IMG/VR virus record: IMGVR_UViG_3300040801_005525
Location: 18,838-82,837 of that record
DNA: 64,000 nucleotides
Source of the DNA: a virus
Strand: one strand, 5' to 3'
The position numbers were made by a program, and so were the translations under genes. Below, one piece after another: positions 29,418 to 39,407 of this stretch. Position 1 is the first letter of the stretch. The number at the start of each line of letters is the position of its first letter. Below the pieces are notes generated by a model. That model did not search any database and had not been told where the DNA came from. It worked only from the letters and a program-made list of their open reading frames with translations.

Positions 29418-30125
29418 TTAGAGGTTCGGGACGTACTGGTGCTGCTCGATGCGAAGCTCGAGGTAGACGATGTTGATGGCGAGCTGCTGCACCTGCCCCA
29501 CGGCGTTCCTCACGGAGGTGGAGAACTGCACGGTGAGGTCGTCGACGATCTTCAGGTCCTGGCACACAGGCGAGTGCTTGCAGCGCGCAAGGAGCATGTA
29601 TTTGAGCGCGCCGATGTAACACATCGCCCGGTGGGAGAGGATCTCCTCGTCCTCGAGTAGGCGCCCCACAAACACCTCGCCTGGCGGCAGCTGGTCAGGC
29701 GCCCTGCCCTGCGCGTCTTCCTCCTCATCACGCACGGGCTCGTGCCCTCCCGCAGACAGCATCAGCGCGACGCCAAAGGAGAGCTCCACGCGTGACTCGA
29801 ACGAGCCGCCGTTCGACAGGCTTCGCGCCCCCTCGTCTTCCTGGGTGGGCAGCGTGGGCCCCACGAACAGACACGTCGACTCGCTGCGGGGCGAGAGGTT
29901 GTCGGGCGTGGGCTGCACCTGCGTGATGATGCGCTTTGGCGCCGGGAGATAGAGCCCGTTTGTGGTGGAGTACGGCAGGCCGTCAGCGTTCTCCTCCACG
30001 TCATAGAGCGCGTGAAGGTCTGCCTCGAAGTGGTGGCGCAGCTGGTAGCGCAGGTAAGCATTCGTGCCCCTCCACCCCTCGTCCACGCCCACCTCATAAC
30101 CATTCTGTAAGGGGCTGGCGGGCAT
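29418..30125 (-). CDS. Tail terminator / completion protein (by position)
   Basis: Precedes the tail tube gene. Confidence 0.5.
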   Translation of the reverse strand: MPASPLQNGYEVGVDEGWRGTNAYLRYQLRHHFEADLHALYDVEENADGLPYSTTNGLYLPAPKRIITQVQPTPDNLSPRSESTCLFVGPTLPTQEDEGARSLSNGGSFESRVELSFGVALMLSAGGHEPVRDEEEDAQGRAPDQLPPGEVFVGRLLEDEEILSHRAMCYIGALKYMLLARCKHSPVCQDLKIVDDLTVQFSTSVRNAVGQVQQLAINIVYLELRIEQHQYVPNL

Positions 30126-30141
30126 CTGAACGGCTCACGGG

Positions 30142-30696
30142 TCAGGGGGTGAGTGCAGGGATGGGGGTGTTCGCGGGGAGGCCTCGCCTCAAGACATCCG
30201 TGAAGACGTCTTTGGCGAGCTCGCGCTTCTGTGCGGCGCGCATCGCAAACGGGTTTCTCCCCGGATAAGGCTCGCCAAACTGGTTGGTGCCCCCTCTGAA
30301 GAGCTTGACGATGTGGGGGTGCACGGCGCCAAACTTCACGCTGCGGTCGTTCACCTCGAACACGTGGCCGGGGTCATTGGGGTCGGTGAGCGCGGGGAAG
30401 AGCCTCTCCTTGCCCCCCTTCTCCCAGCGCAGAAGATCGAGGTGCCCGAGGATCGCGCGCTTGTAGGCGGCATACTTCGGGTTGTAGCCCGCCCAAGGGG
30501 TGCCGCCGTGGGCGCCTGCGGTGGCAAACTGGCGCCTCAGGTGCGCGAGCAGGTAGCGGTGGGTGTGCATGAGCGGGCGGCGCATCGACTTGAGCGCGCG
30601 GATCATGCGAGACAGGGTCCGCTGGGTGTGCGCGGTCTTCGCGCGGTCGATCTTGATATCGATGACAGGGAGGAAGGTGGCGTTGGCGAGGCTCAT
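30142..30696 (-). CDS. Phage virion morphogenesis (Mu gpG-like) protein
   Basis: RRQFATAG..GGTPWA..YAAYK..VKFG..PGRNPF pattern. Confidence 0.7.
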   Translation of the reverse strand: MSLANATFLPVIDIKIDRAKTAHTQRTLSRMIRALKSMRRPLMHTHRYLLAHLRRQFATAGAHGGTPWAGYNPKYAAYKRAILGHLDLLRWEKGGKERLFPALTDPNDPGHVFEVNDRSVKFGAVHPHIVKLFRGGTNQFGEPYPGRNPFAMRAAQKRELAKDVFTDVLRRGLPANTPIPALTP

Positions 30697-31106
30697 GACA
30701 GCCCCCTGCCAATCACGCGACGCGTGCGGCGTGCGCAGGGAGGCTCGGCATCGCCCATCTCACGAAGGTGCGCGTGCTCAAGCTCGGCTTCGAGTGCCTC
30801 GGCTTCCCTGCGCAGCCGCTCTGTGCTCTCCCCGCTCATGCCAAAGCGCCGATCCACCTCATAGGCGGCCGCGGCGATGATCCCGGCCTTGAGCTTCTCG
30901 TGGGCATCGGGGTGCTCATCGAGGTCACCGAGGATGAAATCTCGCGAGGTGAGGATCGTGTTGAAGCGCGCCGCAGCGCGCACAATGAGCCCCTCGACCT
31001 GCTCGAGGTTCAGGCGCTGTGAGGTCGCCGTGATGGTCGCCCCATCGACGTGGCTTGCCTCGAGGACCTGTGTGGCCGTGACGCCATGTGTCAAGACTTC
31101 GCCCAT
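30693..31106 (-). CDS. Head-tail joining protein (by position)
   Basis: 137 aa, helical, in the head completion block. Confidence 0.5.
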   Translation of the reverse strand: MGEVLTHGVTATQVLEASHVDGATITATSQRLNLEQVEGLIVRAAARFNTILTSRDFILGDLDEHPDAHEKLKAGIIAAAAYEVDRRFGMSGESTERLRREAEALEAELEHAHLREMGDAEPPCARRTRRVIGRGLS

Positions 31107-31107
31107 G

Positions 31108-31593
31108 CTAGAACCCCGGCGTCATGCGGTAGGGCGCCCAGAAGGTGCGCTTGATCTCGCGTTCGGTGTAGACACGTCGTCCCTTGTGTAAGGACTGCGC
31201 GCTCGTGTGGAACGAGGTCGTCTCTTTCGTGCCATCGCCAAGATCACGCGTGATCGACTTGATGGTCTGCCCCTCGCGTAGCTCACCCACGAGCTTCCCG
31301 CTCTCCGTGCTCGTGAAGTAGTGCCGGTCGGCATCTTCATCGATCTTGATGGCGTCAAAGCGTGTGCGCACCCACTCCACGACCCCGTTTCTGACGCGCG
31401 CGGGGATCTTCATCTCCACGCCATCTGCGTCGACAAAGGGGTTGTTGCAGTAGGTGTCTGCGACCTCCAGCGCCTCCTCGACGAACAGGGTGAGCTGCGC
31501 ATCCCACACGGCGTCATCCTTGGCGAGACGCAGCAGCGGCTTGACGAAGGCGAGGTCGATCCCCGAACGGTCTGTGACGGCGGTGCAGGGCAT
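31108..31593 (-). CDS. Head-tail connector (HK97 gp6-like)
   Basis: LAFVKPLLRL..DAQLTLFVEEALEVADTYCNNPF..IPARVRNGV. Confidence 0.75.
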   Translation of the reverse strand: MPCTAVTDRSGIDLAFVKPLLRLAKDDAVWDAQLTLFVEEALEVADTYCNNPFVDADGVEMKIPARVRNGVVEWVRTRFDAIKIDEDADRHYFTSTESGKLVGELREGQTIKSITRDLGDGTKETTSFHTSAQSLHKGRRVYTEREIKRTFWAPYRMTPGF

Positions 31594-31626
31594 GGGGTGC
31601 GCCTCGGTGTGTGCTGGGGTGATAAG

Positions 31627-31899
31627 CTACTTGGGGGCGTCTTCGCCCTGCGCGGCTTGTGCAGAAGGGGGTGGGGTCTCTTTTTTCTTCTTCTCGAGGG
31701 CGAGCTCTTTCTTGAGCGCCTCGGCCCTGGGCTTGAGCTCGGCGTAGCGCGCCTTGTCCTCGGGCGGGATCACGACACCCTCACGGATGAGCGCGGCGAC
31801 CTTGATGGGCTGTTTCAGGGTGCAGTACTCGTACTGCTCGAACACACGGCCCGAGACTTTGCGCTGCACGGTGAAGATGGGGAGAGAGGGGGTGGCCAT
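31627..31899 (-). CDS. Small hypothetical head-region protein
   Basis: GAGGA RBS. Confidence 0.6.
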   Translation of the reverse strand: MATPSLPIFTVQRKVSGRVFEQYEYCTLKQPIKVAALIREGVVIPPEDKARYAELKPRAEALKKELALEKKKKETPPPSAQAAQGEDAPK

Positions 31900-31980
31900 C
31901 GCATGTCCTCGCTGTGTAGGGGGAAAGGAGAGGGTGTGTCGTGAGAAGCCTTGAAGCTCAGGGCTTCTCACGACACGAGA

Positions 31981-32397
31981 TCAGATCAGCCCGTGCTCGG
32001 TGAGGAAGGCCTCACGGCGAGCCGCGAGCTCTTCTTGCGTGCCCTTGCCAGAGAGGCCCTCGACGGCGGCGACCGCGCTCCGCAAGGCGCCGAAGTCCTC
32101 GATGTCCACATCGATGAGCTTCTGGATCTCGGGGGTGACCACGAAGTCCTTGTCAGGCTCTCCCTTCTTATGCGCGCCTTCCTCGGACTGCGCGGGGGGT
32201 GCAGGCGGGGCCGTGGGCTCTGACCTCGAGGAGGTGGGCCTCGCCAGGAACTCGGCGGGGCAGTCGATGATGCCCTGCGCGTGAAGGTACATGAGCGTGG
32301 AGGGGTGGCGCTCTGGACACGCGTCGCCACTCTTGTACGAGACACCCTGCATGGTGTGCTTGGTGCGAAAGACAGGGCCAGTTTGCTTGGTCGTCAT
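31981..32397 (-). CDS. Small hypothetical head-region protein
   Basis: 138 aa ORF after the capsid gene. Confidence 0.6.
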   Translation of the reverse strand: MTTKQTGPVFRTKHTMQGVSYKSGDACPERHPSTLMYLHAQGIIDCPAEFLARPTSSRSEPTAPPAPPAQSEEGAHKKGEPDKDFVVTPEIQKLIDVDIEDFGALRSAVAAVEGLSGKGTQEELAARREAFLTEHGLI

Positions 32398-32439
32398 GGG
32401 GATGGACTCTTCTTTTAAGGGAGGGGGAAAGGGGACTCA

Positions 32440-32474
32440 TGACGAGGCAGGCGATGGTCTCACCTGCCTCGTCA
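32440..32474 (-). terminator. Hairpin downstream of the major capsid gene
   Basis: TGACGAGGCAGG / CCTGCCTCGTCA inverted repeat. Confidence 0.55.
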
Positions 32475-32494
32475 CGTTCGGCGAGCGCGCGGCA

Positions 32495-34015
32495 TCAACC
32501 CGCCTGAGGCGCCTCGTTGAAGCTGCCGCGACGGAAGGCCTGGGGCTGCTCGACGATGAGCACCTCGAGCTGCTCGGCGAGCATGACGACCATGTTCTTC
32601 ACGAAGAAGTCCGCGTGCTGCTCGGCGACCCTCAGGGTCATCTCCTCGTTGTAATAGACAGGCGCCTGGTTGAAGTCCCCCACGAGGAAGTCACCACGCT
32701 TCAGGAGCCCGCACAGGATCACGCGCACGTTCCAGAGCATCATCTGCCCGTTCTGGTTGGTGTAGCTCATGCCCATGATGTACTGCCCGTGGTCATCCTT
32801 GGCGAGCTCGATGTCCTCGGCATCGAACGGGTTCAGGACCACGTAGTTCGGCATCACGCCGAGGTCATACAGGCCGGTCATCGCGCGGCGCACCGCGTCA
32901 CGCTTGGTGTCGCCCACGACCCCATTGCTCCACAGGTAGGCCGGGATGTTCGTGTTCGAGAAGAACCCGAGCATGTTCCCGTTCTGCCCGTCGCCATAGA
33001 GGTAGTTGTACACGGCGCTCTTGCGCACCTTGACGGGGAGCTTGCGCTCGATGGAGTCGACGATGGTCGAGGCGGTCTTGAGCAGACGATTCGAGACAGG
33101 GATCCAGCCTGCGATCGTCTCGAGTTGAGAGCTCTTCTCCTCGTACTTCGCCTCGAGCTCGGGCTTGAGCTCGGTCTCTGCGGTGTACGCAAACTTGTCC
33201 GCGGTGACCTCCACGCCCTGGGCATGGGCGGCGGTGAACGCGTCGACGGTGATGACGTTCGTCGCCACGTTGATGGCGGAGATGGTACGCTCCTCGCCCC
33301 CGACGCTGATCTTTGTGCCCACCACGAAGGCGCGCGCGTTGCTCACCGTGAGCGTCGTGTCGGCGATGGCCACGGCGGCGGCGAGCTTGTCGATGAGCTT
33401 GATGGGGGTGGTCTCCTCGATCCACTGCACCTCGCCTGCGCTGGTCTCGATGCGGGGGAGGATGTCATCCAGGCCGATCATCGTCTCTAGTGCGTCGACG
33501 ACCTTGCCGGTGCGCTCCACGTCCTCGATGGGGTTGCCGTTTGCATCCGTGCTCGTGAGCGCGGCGCGGGTCACCGGCTTGCGAGGCATGTCACGGGTCT
33601 TGATGGTGATGGCGCCGCTTCGCTGACCTGACTTCAGGCTCTCGAACAGCTCGCTCTCGACCATGATCTGGCCTGCGCGCTTGCGCTGACCTGCCTCGGG
33701 CGTGCGGGCGTGCTTCTGGATGAGCTTCTCGAGGTCATCAAGACGCGTCATCACCTCGCCGCCTGCCTTCTCGTCGTCGAGCTCGGCAAGCCGGGTCTTC
33801 AATGTCTCGACCTCCGAGGAGAGCTTGGTGACCTGCTCGGTGGACAGCGTGCTCGCCTCCTGGGCAGCGCGGCTCGACTCCGCGGCCTTTTCGCTTGCCT
33901 CACGAGCCTGGGTGAGCTGGGTGGTGACGGTGGTGGACAGGGTGGTCACGCTCGCGAGGATCGTGTCCATGTCTGCGTTTCGGGTCGAAGTGGGTGCGGT
34001 GTTGGTGTCGCCCAT
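32495..34015 (-). CDS. Major capsid protein, HK97 fold, with coiled-coil delta domain
   Basis: ETELKP..TIAGWIPVS..YLYGDG..VLNPFDAEDIELAKDDHGQYI..GDFLVGDF..DFFVKNMVVMLAE. Confidence 0.95.
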   Translation of the reverse strand: MGDTNTAPTSTRNADMDTILASVTTLSTTVTTQLTQAREASEKAAESSRAAQEASTLSTEQVTKLSSEVETLKTRLAELDDEKAGGEVMTRLDDLEKLIQKHARTPEAGQRKRAGQIMVESELFESLKSGQRSGAITIKTRDMPRKPVTRAALTSTDANGNPIEDVERTGKVVDALETMIGLDDILPRIETSAGEVQWIEETTPIKLIDKLAAAVAIADTTLTVSNARAFVVGTKISVGGEERTISAINVATNVITVDAFTAAHAQGVEVTADKFAYTAETELKPELEAKYEEKSSQLETIAGWIPVSNRLLKTASTIVDSIERKLPVKVRKSAVYNYLYGDGQNGNMLGFFSNTNIPAYLWSNGVVGDTKRDAVRRAMTGLYDLGVMPNYVVLNPFDAEDIELAKDDHGQYIMGMSYTNQNGQMMLWNVRVILCGLLKRGDFLVGDFNQAPVYYNEEMTLRVAEQHADFFVKNMVVMLAEQLEVLIVEQPQAFRRGSFNEAPQAG

Positions 34016-34144
34016 GATGTGTGATCTCCGTGGGGTTTGTACGAAAAAACCCCACGTCCTGGACCTGAACGCGGTCCGGGAGGTGAGGCGGCTGGGGTGA
34101 AGGAAGGAAGAAAGAGAGGTGGGTGAAAGAGAGGTGAGGGTGGC

Positions 34145-34948
34145 CTACATGATGGCGAGCTGCGCGTGCGCGAGCTCGAGCGAGAGCAAGACCTTCTTGG
34201 CGGCCTGATCTCGAGCGCGCTCATCCATCTGCGCGACCTCGGCGCGCACGGCGGGGGGCACGGCGGGCACCTCGATGGGCACATCCTTGCCCGACTTGAT
34301 GGCGTCGAGCTCGGCCTTCAAGGTCTGCATCATCTCGAAGAGCTGCGCGTGGGCCTGCTCGGGGGCATGCGCCGCGAGCGCGGCGAAGCGCGCGCCCTTG
34401 TCGCGAAGGCTTCGCACGCTCTCCACGGTCGCCTGATCGTTGGCGGGGTAGGTCACCACGCTGTACTCGGCAAGGCGCGCCACGAGGATCTCCTCGGTGG
34501 CGTTCTGGTAGATGGGGTTGAACCACATGTCCCACCAGTCCTCGGGCGGCTCGATGAGATCCCCTGTGGTGTCATCACGCCACCGTGAGACGAGCGTCCA
34601 GAACCCGATCGAGAGCCCGTCGATGCTGCCATCGTTCAGGAGGATCAAGGCGTCCTTGCCGCGCGTCGTCTGGCTGACCTTCGCCTCGCCGAGCAGGCCC
34701 TTGTCGTCCTCCTCGAGCGAGAGGATCTTGCCGATGGGCTCATCGGTCTTGTGCTGCCACAGGAACTTGACCTTCCCCTCCTTGAACTCCTTGTCGATCG
34801 TCTCGGTGAAGGCGCCCTTGATGAGCTTCGTGCCCCAGGAGTCCTTGACGTCGAACACGCTCGCGTAGCCCGAGACGATGCCCTCCTTGAGCTTCTCGAG
34901 CCCATCGGGCGCGAGTCTGCAATTCCACTGTCGCTGGTGGTCGATCAT
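34145..34948 (-). CDS. HK97-family prohead protease
   Basis: GYASVFDVKDSWG..GAF..LWQH..PIGK..DGLSIGF..EYSVVTYPAN. Confidence 0.95.
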   Translation of the reverse strand: MIDHQRQWNCRLAPDGLEKLKEGIVSGYASVFDVKDSWGTKLIKGAFTETIDKEFKEGKVKFLWQHKTDEPIGKILSLEEDDKGLLGEAKVSQTTRGKDALILLNDGSIDGLSIGFWTLVSRWRDDTTGDLIEPPEDWWDMWFNPIYQNATEEILVARLAEYSVVTYPANDQATVESVRSLRDKGARFAALAAHAPEQAHAQLFEMMQTLKAELDAIKSGKDVPIEVPAVPPAVRAEVAQMDERARDQAAKKVLLSLELAHAQLAIM

Positions 34949-34983
34949 GATGACGTCATCCTGTGAGGAGAGAAGAGGAGCGC

Positions 34984-36309
34984 TCAGGGCGCGATCGAGG
35001 GGAGCCCGAGCTCGAGGTAGTCGTTGATCTGGTCGTTGGTGTACCCGAGCTTCTTGAGCCGAAGCGCGCTGTTGAGCTTGGCGTCGAGCACCGCTTGCAT
35101 CGCGGGGATGCGGGTCTCATCGGGCACGATCACCAGGTCCTCGCCGAACTCGTAGGCGAGGTCCGAGGTGAGCATCTGGCAGATGCGGCGCAGGTAGGCC
35201 ATGACCGTCTGGAGCCAGAAGATGTCGAAGGCGCCCTGCACGTTCGAGTAGTTGGCGTTCTCGAAGTAGGTGGCCACAGGGGGCGGCACGTGGAAGAGCG
35301 CGAGCAGGTCATGGCGGTAGTGCACGCGCTGCTCGAGGAACTGCATCTCGCGCGGGGACAGAGAGAGCCCGTGGATCGTGGCCCCGTTATCGAGGATCAG
35401 GACCTTGCCGTCCTGCTCCGCGTCGGTCGTGGCATCGAGCCGCTCACGACGCTCGTTGTAGGCGAACTCGTTGAGCTCCTCTTCGAACATCACCGCGGCG
35501 CTTGGCCTGCCCTGGCGCCCTGCGACCTTCTTCTGGTAGCCGAGCGCCTCGGTGTCCGAGTCGACGGCGAGCGCCGCGCTCCGCAGCACGCTCGAACCCC
35601 ACCACGGGTTGCACGGGTCAGGGAGCATGATGTGCCCGACATCCTCGGGGTTCCAGCGCTCGACGACCTGGCTCCTCGCGATGGTCGAGCGGCGCCTGTA
35701 GTGGTCGAGGATGGCGCGTGAGCCCTGGCGCGCCTCGATGGGCGTCATGTCATCGGGGCTCACCTGATCGAGCTCGATGGGCAGCCCGTCGCTGCTTCGC
35801 AGGGCCTTCAAGAAGAGCCCGTTTCCCGCGAGCAGGATGTGCTGGACCATGCGCTCGATGAAGTCGGACTGGGGCTGGTAGGTGTTGGGCTGGTCGATCA
35901 CGTGTTGCAGGCGCTGCGCGCTGACCTTGTTCGTGGTGATGACCTTGCCATCACGCTGGCGCCGGCGCACGACGAGCGGCACCGTGGCGACGTTCTGCGC
36001 GATCAGATCGACGCACAGCCTCACCACCGCGGCCTTGTGAAAGCCGTCACGCGTGGCAAGCTTCAGGCTCATCGCCCCATCCCTGTGGGAGAGCGAGGAG
36101 GTGGTCGACGAGGAGACCGGGCGATGGGCCGTCAGGCTCAGGCCGAGCGTCCCCGTGCCGATCGGGGGGTTCAAGTCCGAGCGCAGCCGGGCGGGGCCAG
36201 CTTCCGCATGCACGGAGGGAGAAGATGCCCCGTCTGCGAGCTGGCGCGCCCTGTAGGCCCACACCGACTCCCCCTGTCGCCACGCCGCGATACGCTCTGA
36301 AAAGCTCAT
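34984..36309 (-). CDS. Portal protein (HK97 family)
   Basis: VRLCVDLIAQNVATVP..PNTYQ..LLAGNG..MQFLEQR..FHVPP..NYSN. Confidence 0.92.
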   Translation of the reverse strand: MSFSERIAAWRQGESVWAYRARQLADGASSPSVHAEAGPARLRSDLNPPIGTGTLGLSLTAHRPVSSSTTSSLSHRDGAMSLKLATRDGFHKAAVVRLCVDLIAQNVATVPLVVRRRQRDGKVITTNKVSAQRLQHVIDQPNTYQPQSDFIERMVQHILLAGNGLFLKALRSSDGLPIELDQVSPDDMTPIEARQGSRAILDHYRRRSTIARSQVVERWNPEDVGHIMLPDPCNPWWGSSVLRSAALAVDSDTEALGYQKKVAGRQGRPSAAVMFEEELNEFAYNERRERLDATTDAEQDGKVLILDNGATIHGLSLSPREMQFLEQRVHYRHDLLALFHVPPPVATYFENANYSNVQGAFDIFWLQTVMAYLRRICQMLTSDLAYEFGEDLVIVPDETRIPAMQAVLDAKLNSALRLKKLGYTNDQINDYLELGLPSIAP

Positions 36310-36352
36310 GGTGCCCTGGGCAAAAGAAGGAGAGGTGAGAGAGGGGCGCGAT

Positions 36353-37969
36353 CTAAGTCCAGCCGATGTGTGCGGTGCGCCTCGGCGCGATGACGTCATC
36401 GGCGAACGCGTAGACGAGCGCATCGGCGTGATCAGGAGACTGCGAGGAGCCACGGCGGCGCTTCATCTCATCCTTGCGCTCGACCTGGATGAGCCCTGCC
36501 GTGCTGCGCTTCTCCTTGAGCCAGGAGAGCTGGTCGATGAGCTTGGGGTCATTCGGGATGCTGATGCACTCCTCGAGCGGGTAGCCTGCGCCCCGGGTCA
36601 CGTTCTCATAGGTCTTTCGGAAGCGCTCGCGCACGTTCCAATAGAGCTCGGCCCTCAGGTTCACAAAGAGCTCGTGACTGCGGCGCCCGTCAGGCCACCT
36701 TCGCCGCGTGGCCTTCGCCGAGAACTTGATGCCCTGCGCCTTGAAGTGCGCGGGGAGGTCGTGCAGGGCGAGCTGATGGGGCGGGAGATCCCCGAGCGCC
36801 ACGCGCAGCGCCTCACCCACGCCGAGCACGTCATAGGAGAGGCAGGAGGCCCCCTCCTCCCCGCAACGCTGCAAGATCCGCTCGGCGCTCTCCTCAGGCA
36901 AGAGTCCATGCCAGCTCTCCCCCTCGAAGACGAGCGGCCCGCAGCGTGGGTAGAGCACGTTCGAGTCTCCTGTCAGGCCCACGTCGAAGCCTGCCGAGAT
37001 GTGCGCGCCGCCCGAGACCTTGAACCCCACGGCCGCCTTGACCCAGGCTGGCGGGATGACGCTCCCCTCGGCGCTCCCGAGGAAGTCCATCATGACCTCC
37101 TGGGCAAAGCCTCTGGGGTCATGGGCGCTCTCTTGCCTCATGCGCTCGAGCCAGTGCGCATCCCTCCAGGGCACACAGTCCCAGGGCATCTCGAAGAGGC
37201 GGGTGACGCCCTGCTTGATGCGCTGGGCAAAGGGATTATCGAGCCCGTTGGGGGTCGAGATCTCGATCAGGACCTCGGTGTTGTTCAGGATCCCGCGCAG
37301 GCGCTCCAAAGGGTTGTCGCTCTTGGCGGCCTCGTCCCACACGTAGATCGAGGCGCGGCCCCCCACGCCCATGTTCTTGCCGATCTCGCCGGTGATCGAG
37401 CTGCCGGTGTCCGGGAACACGATCGCGAGCTTCTTGGAGTGGTCATCGCGCTTGAAGCCTGGCGCGACCACGGCCATGAACCACTTGGGCAAGCGCGCCA
37501 TGAGGATGCGCGCCTTCTCGAACAGGCTGTCGGGATCCCCCAGGACATCGAGGCTCTTCTCGGTGCGTGACCCGAAGGTGGCCTTGAAGCCCTTCTGGAA
37601 GAGCCCGGCCCACACCGAGTAGGCGATGAGCACCCAGGAGGCGCCCACGCCGCGGCATTTGAGGATCGAGGCGTTCAATTTGTCGCGGCGCCACAGCCCG
37701 ATCTCGATGAGGAGCTCGCGCTGGCGCTCATAGAGCTCGAAGGGCACATAGCCCGGGACATCCTTGCCGGGGTTGCGTGGGTCATAGGTCCAGGCGAAGT
37801 GATCGATGAAGAAGGCCACATCCCTGCGACACTTCTCGATGACCTTGGCCTGGAAGTCGGGATCCCCCTCGCAGCGCCTCTGGAACTTCAGGCGTTTTTC
37901 TGCGGCCTGTCGCCAGAGGTCATGCGCACGCGCATCGCTCGTCTTGAGGCTCGCGAGCTCCTGCACCAT
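36353..37969 (-). CDS. terL: Terminase large subunit
   Basis: KCRGVGAS (Walker A), YVWDEAA (Walker B), ISTPNG, GFDVG, SPDHADAL. Confidence 0.93.
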   Translation of the reverse strand: MVQELASLKTSDARAHDLWRQAAEKRLKFQRRCEGDPDFQAKVIEKCRRDVAFFIDHFAWTYDPRNPGKDVPGYVPFELYERQRELLIEIGLWRRDKLNASILKCRGVGASWVLIAYSVWAGLFQKGFKATFGSRTEKSLDVLGDPDSLFEKARILMARLPKWFMAVVAPGFKRDDHSKKLAIVFPDTGSSITGEIGKNMGVGGRASIYVWDEAAKSDNPLERLRGILNNTEVLIEISTPNGLDNPFAQRIKQGVTRLFEMPWDCVPWRDAHWLERMRQESAHDPRGFAQEVMMDFLGSAEGSVIPPAWVKAAVGFKVSGGAHISAGFDVGLTGDSNVLYPRCGPLVFEGESWHGLLPEESAERILQRCGEEGASCLSYDVLGVGEALRVALGDLPPHQLALHDLPAHFKAQGIKFSAKATRRRWPDGRRSHELFVNLRAELYWNVRERFRKTYENVTRGAGYPLEECISIPNDPKLIDQLSWLKEKRSTAGLIQVERKDEMKRRRGSSQSPDHADALVYAFADDVIAPRRTAHIGWT

Positions 37970-37976
37970 GGTGGAC

Positions 37977-38483
37977 TCACTTCAACCCGTCAGCGAGCTC
38001 ACGGTCGAGCTCGTCATCAGTGAGCTCGGCGGCAGCCTTCTGCTGGGCGAGCGTGGCGCTCGCGATCGCCCCGGAGTGCTCGACCTTGTAGGAGGAGCGA
38101 AGGTGCGGGAAGAGCCTCTCACCAAGCCACGCATCGGCCTTCCAGTCCACGAGCGCCTTGGCGTGGGACTTCTCGAGGATCTTTGCGGTGAGGTGTTGCT
38201 CGGCGACGGCTCGCGCGTGCGCGCAGCTGTAATAAAACTCGAGGTAGACGGCTTCACTGGCGGCCTCGGGCGTCGCACACACGACCTCTTCATCGAGGGT
38301 GGGGTCGGCTTCAAAGAGCGCCATGAGGCGCTCGGCCTCCTTCTTGCCTCGCGACATCCAGCGGTGGTAGGCCTGGCGGGTGATGCGATGGAGCCCACAC
38401 ACGACCTCGATGCTCACGGTCTTCTTGAGCTCCTCGGCGATCGCCGAGGTCAGCTCGGGGGTGCATTTGGTGGGTCGGGCCAT
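37977..38483 (-). CDS. terS: Terminase small subunit
   Basis: MARPTKCTPE HTH start; WKADAWLGER; directly upstream of terL. Confidence 0.8.
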   Translation of the reverse strand: MARPTKCTPELTSAIAEELKKTVSIEVVCGLHRITRQAYHRWMSRGKKEAERLMALFEADPTLDEEVVCATPEAASEAVYLEFYYSCAHARAVAEQHLTAKILEKSHAKALVDWKADAWLGERLFPHLRSSYKVEHSGAIASATLAQQKAAAELTDDELDRELADGLK

Positions 38484-38515
38484 GGTGGTGTGAGGGGGTG
38501 TGGAGGAGAGGGGTT

Positions 38516-38710
38516 TTAGTCGCAGAGGATGTCGCGGGTGTCGAGGTAGTCCCGCACCCTCTCGCTGTGGGGGGGTGGGGGTCCTTTTTTCTTGATCCAG
38601 TGAAGGAGCACATCACGGGAGAGGCCAAGCGAGGCAGCCAGATCATCGAGGTCAAGGAGCCCTAACCGATGAGCCCTGCGCACTCTGCATACAAGACAGC
38701 ACGAGCTCAT
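38516..38710 (-). CDS. Small HTH protein
   Basis: LDDLAASLGLSRDVLLHWIKK; AAGGAG RBS. Confidence 0.55.
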   Translation of the reverse strand: MSSCCLVCRVRRAHRLGLLDLDDLAASLGLSRDVLLHWIKKKGPPPPHSERVRDYLDTRDILCD

Positions 38711-39101
38711 GGCGGTCAGCGCTCCTTTTTGGTCTTCGATGATGAAGAGGAGGGAGATCGAGCGTGAGCATCCTATGGGGAGGGGAACCACGTCACGAGG
38801 GTCACAGGTGGAGAACCCTGTGCGCAAAAGGCTCTGGCTCGTGTAGAGAGAAGGAAGCCAAAGCCCTGAAGAAATGTGACGCGAGGCCCTTGCCCGCAAG
38901 ATGTTCAGCACGATCCTTTCTAAGGAGAGAGATGGCATGGTGAGTCCGTATCGCCTGGCCTGCTCATCCCGTGGTGTGTGAGGTCTGCGCCTCTACCCTA
39001 CTGCAACACACCCACGCGTCACGTGCATAATTAATCCATAAAAATCAAAAACTTACACAAATAAACAAGACTTCTTTGTGCCGTCTAGATTCCTGACGGC
39101 A

Positions 39102-39407
39102 TCAGGGAGGCGGGGGGCTCTGCGGCGTGAGCTCGAGCGAGAGCTCCAGGATGCTGATCAGGGCGCGAGTGCGATCGAGCTCGTCCACGAGCCGGGCCTC
39201 TTCGGCCTTCAACACCTCGAGATCACGCTGCGTCTGGCGGGGGCCATAACCGAGCACACGCTCGGTGCGCTTCCAGTCGAGCACCTTGCTCACCAGGTCA
39301 CGCACACTCTTTGGGGGGTTGCGGTGCAGATAGCCCGCCCAGAGTCGCGCGGGTTGAGTGCGCAGCTTCAGGACGACGCGCGCGTAAAGGTAGCGGTCTT
39401 TCTTCAT
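39102..39407 (-). CDS. Hypothetical protein
   Basis: Coupled to the upstream ORF; last early/middle gene. Confidence 0.55.
   Translation of the reverse strand: MKKDRYLYARVVLKLRTQPARLWAGYLHRNPPKSVRDLVSKVLDWKRTERVLGYGPRQTQRDLEVLKAEEARLVDELDRTRALISILELSLELTPQSPPPP

Noticed and set aside
15689-37570. Long plus-strand ORFs (e.g. 25093-27582, 21281-23155, 15689-17287)
   Set aside because: Antisense shadows of high-GC structural genes; no RBS or motifs.
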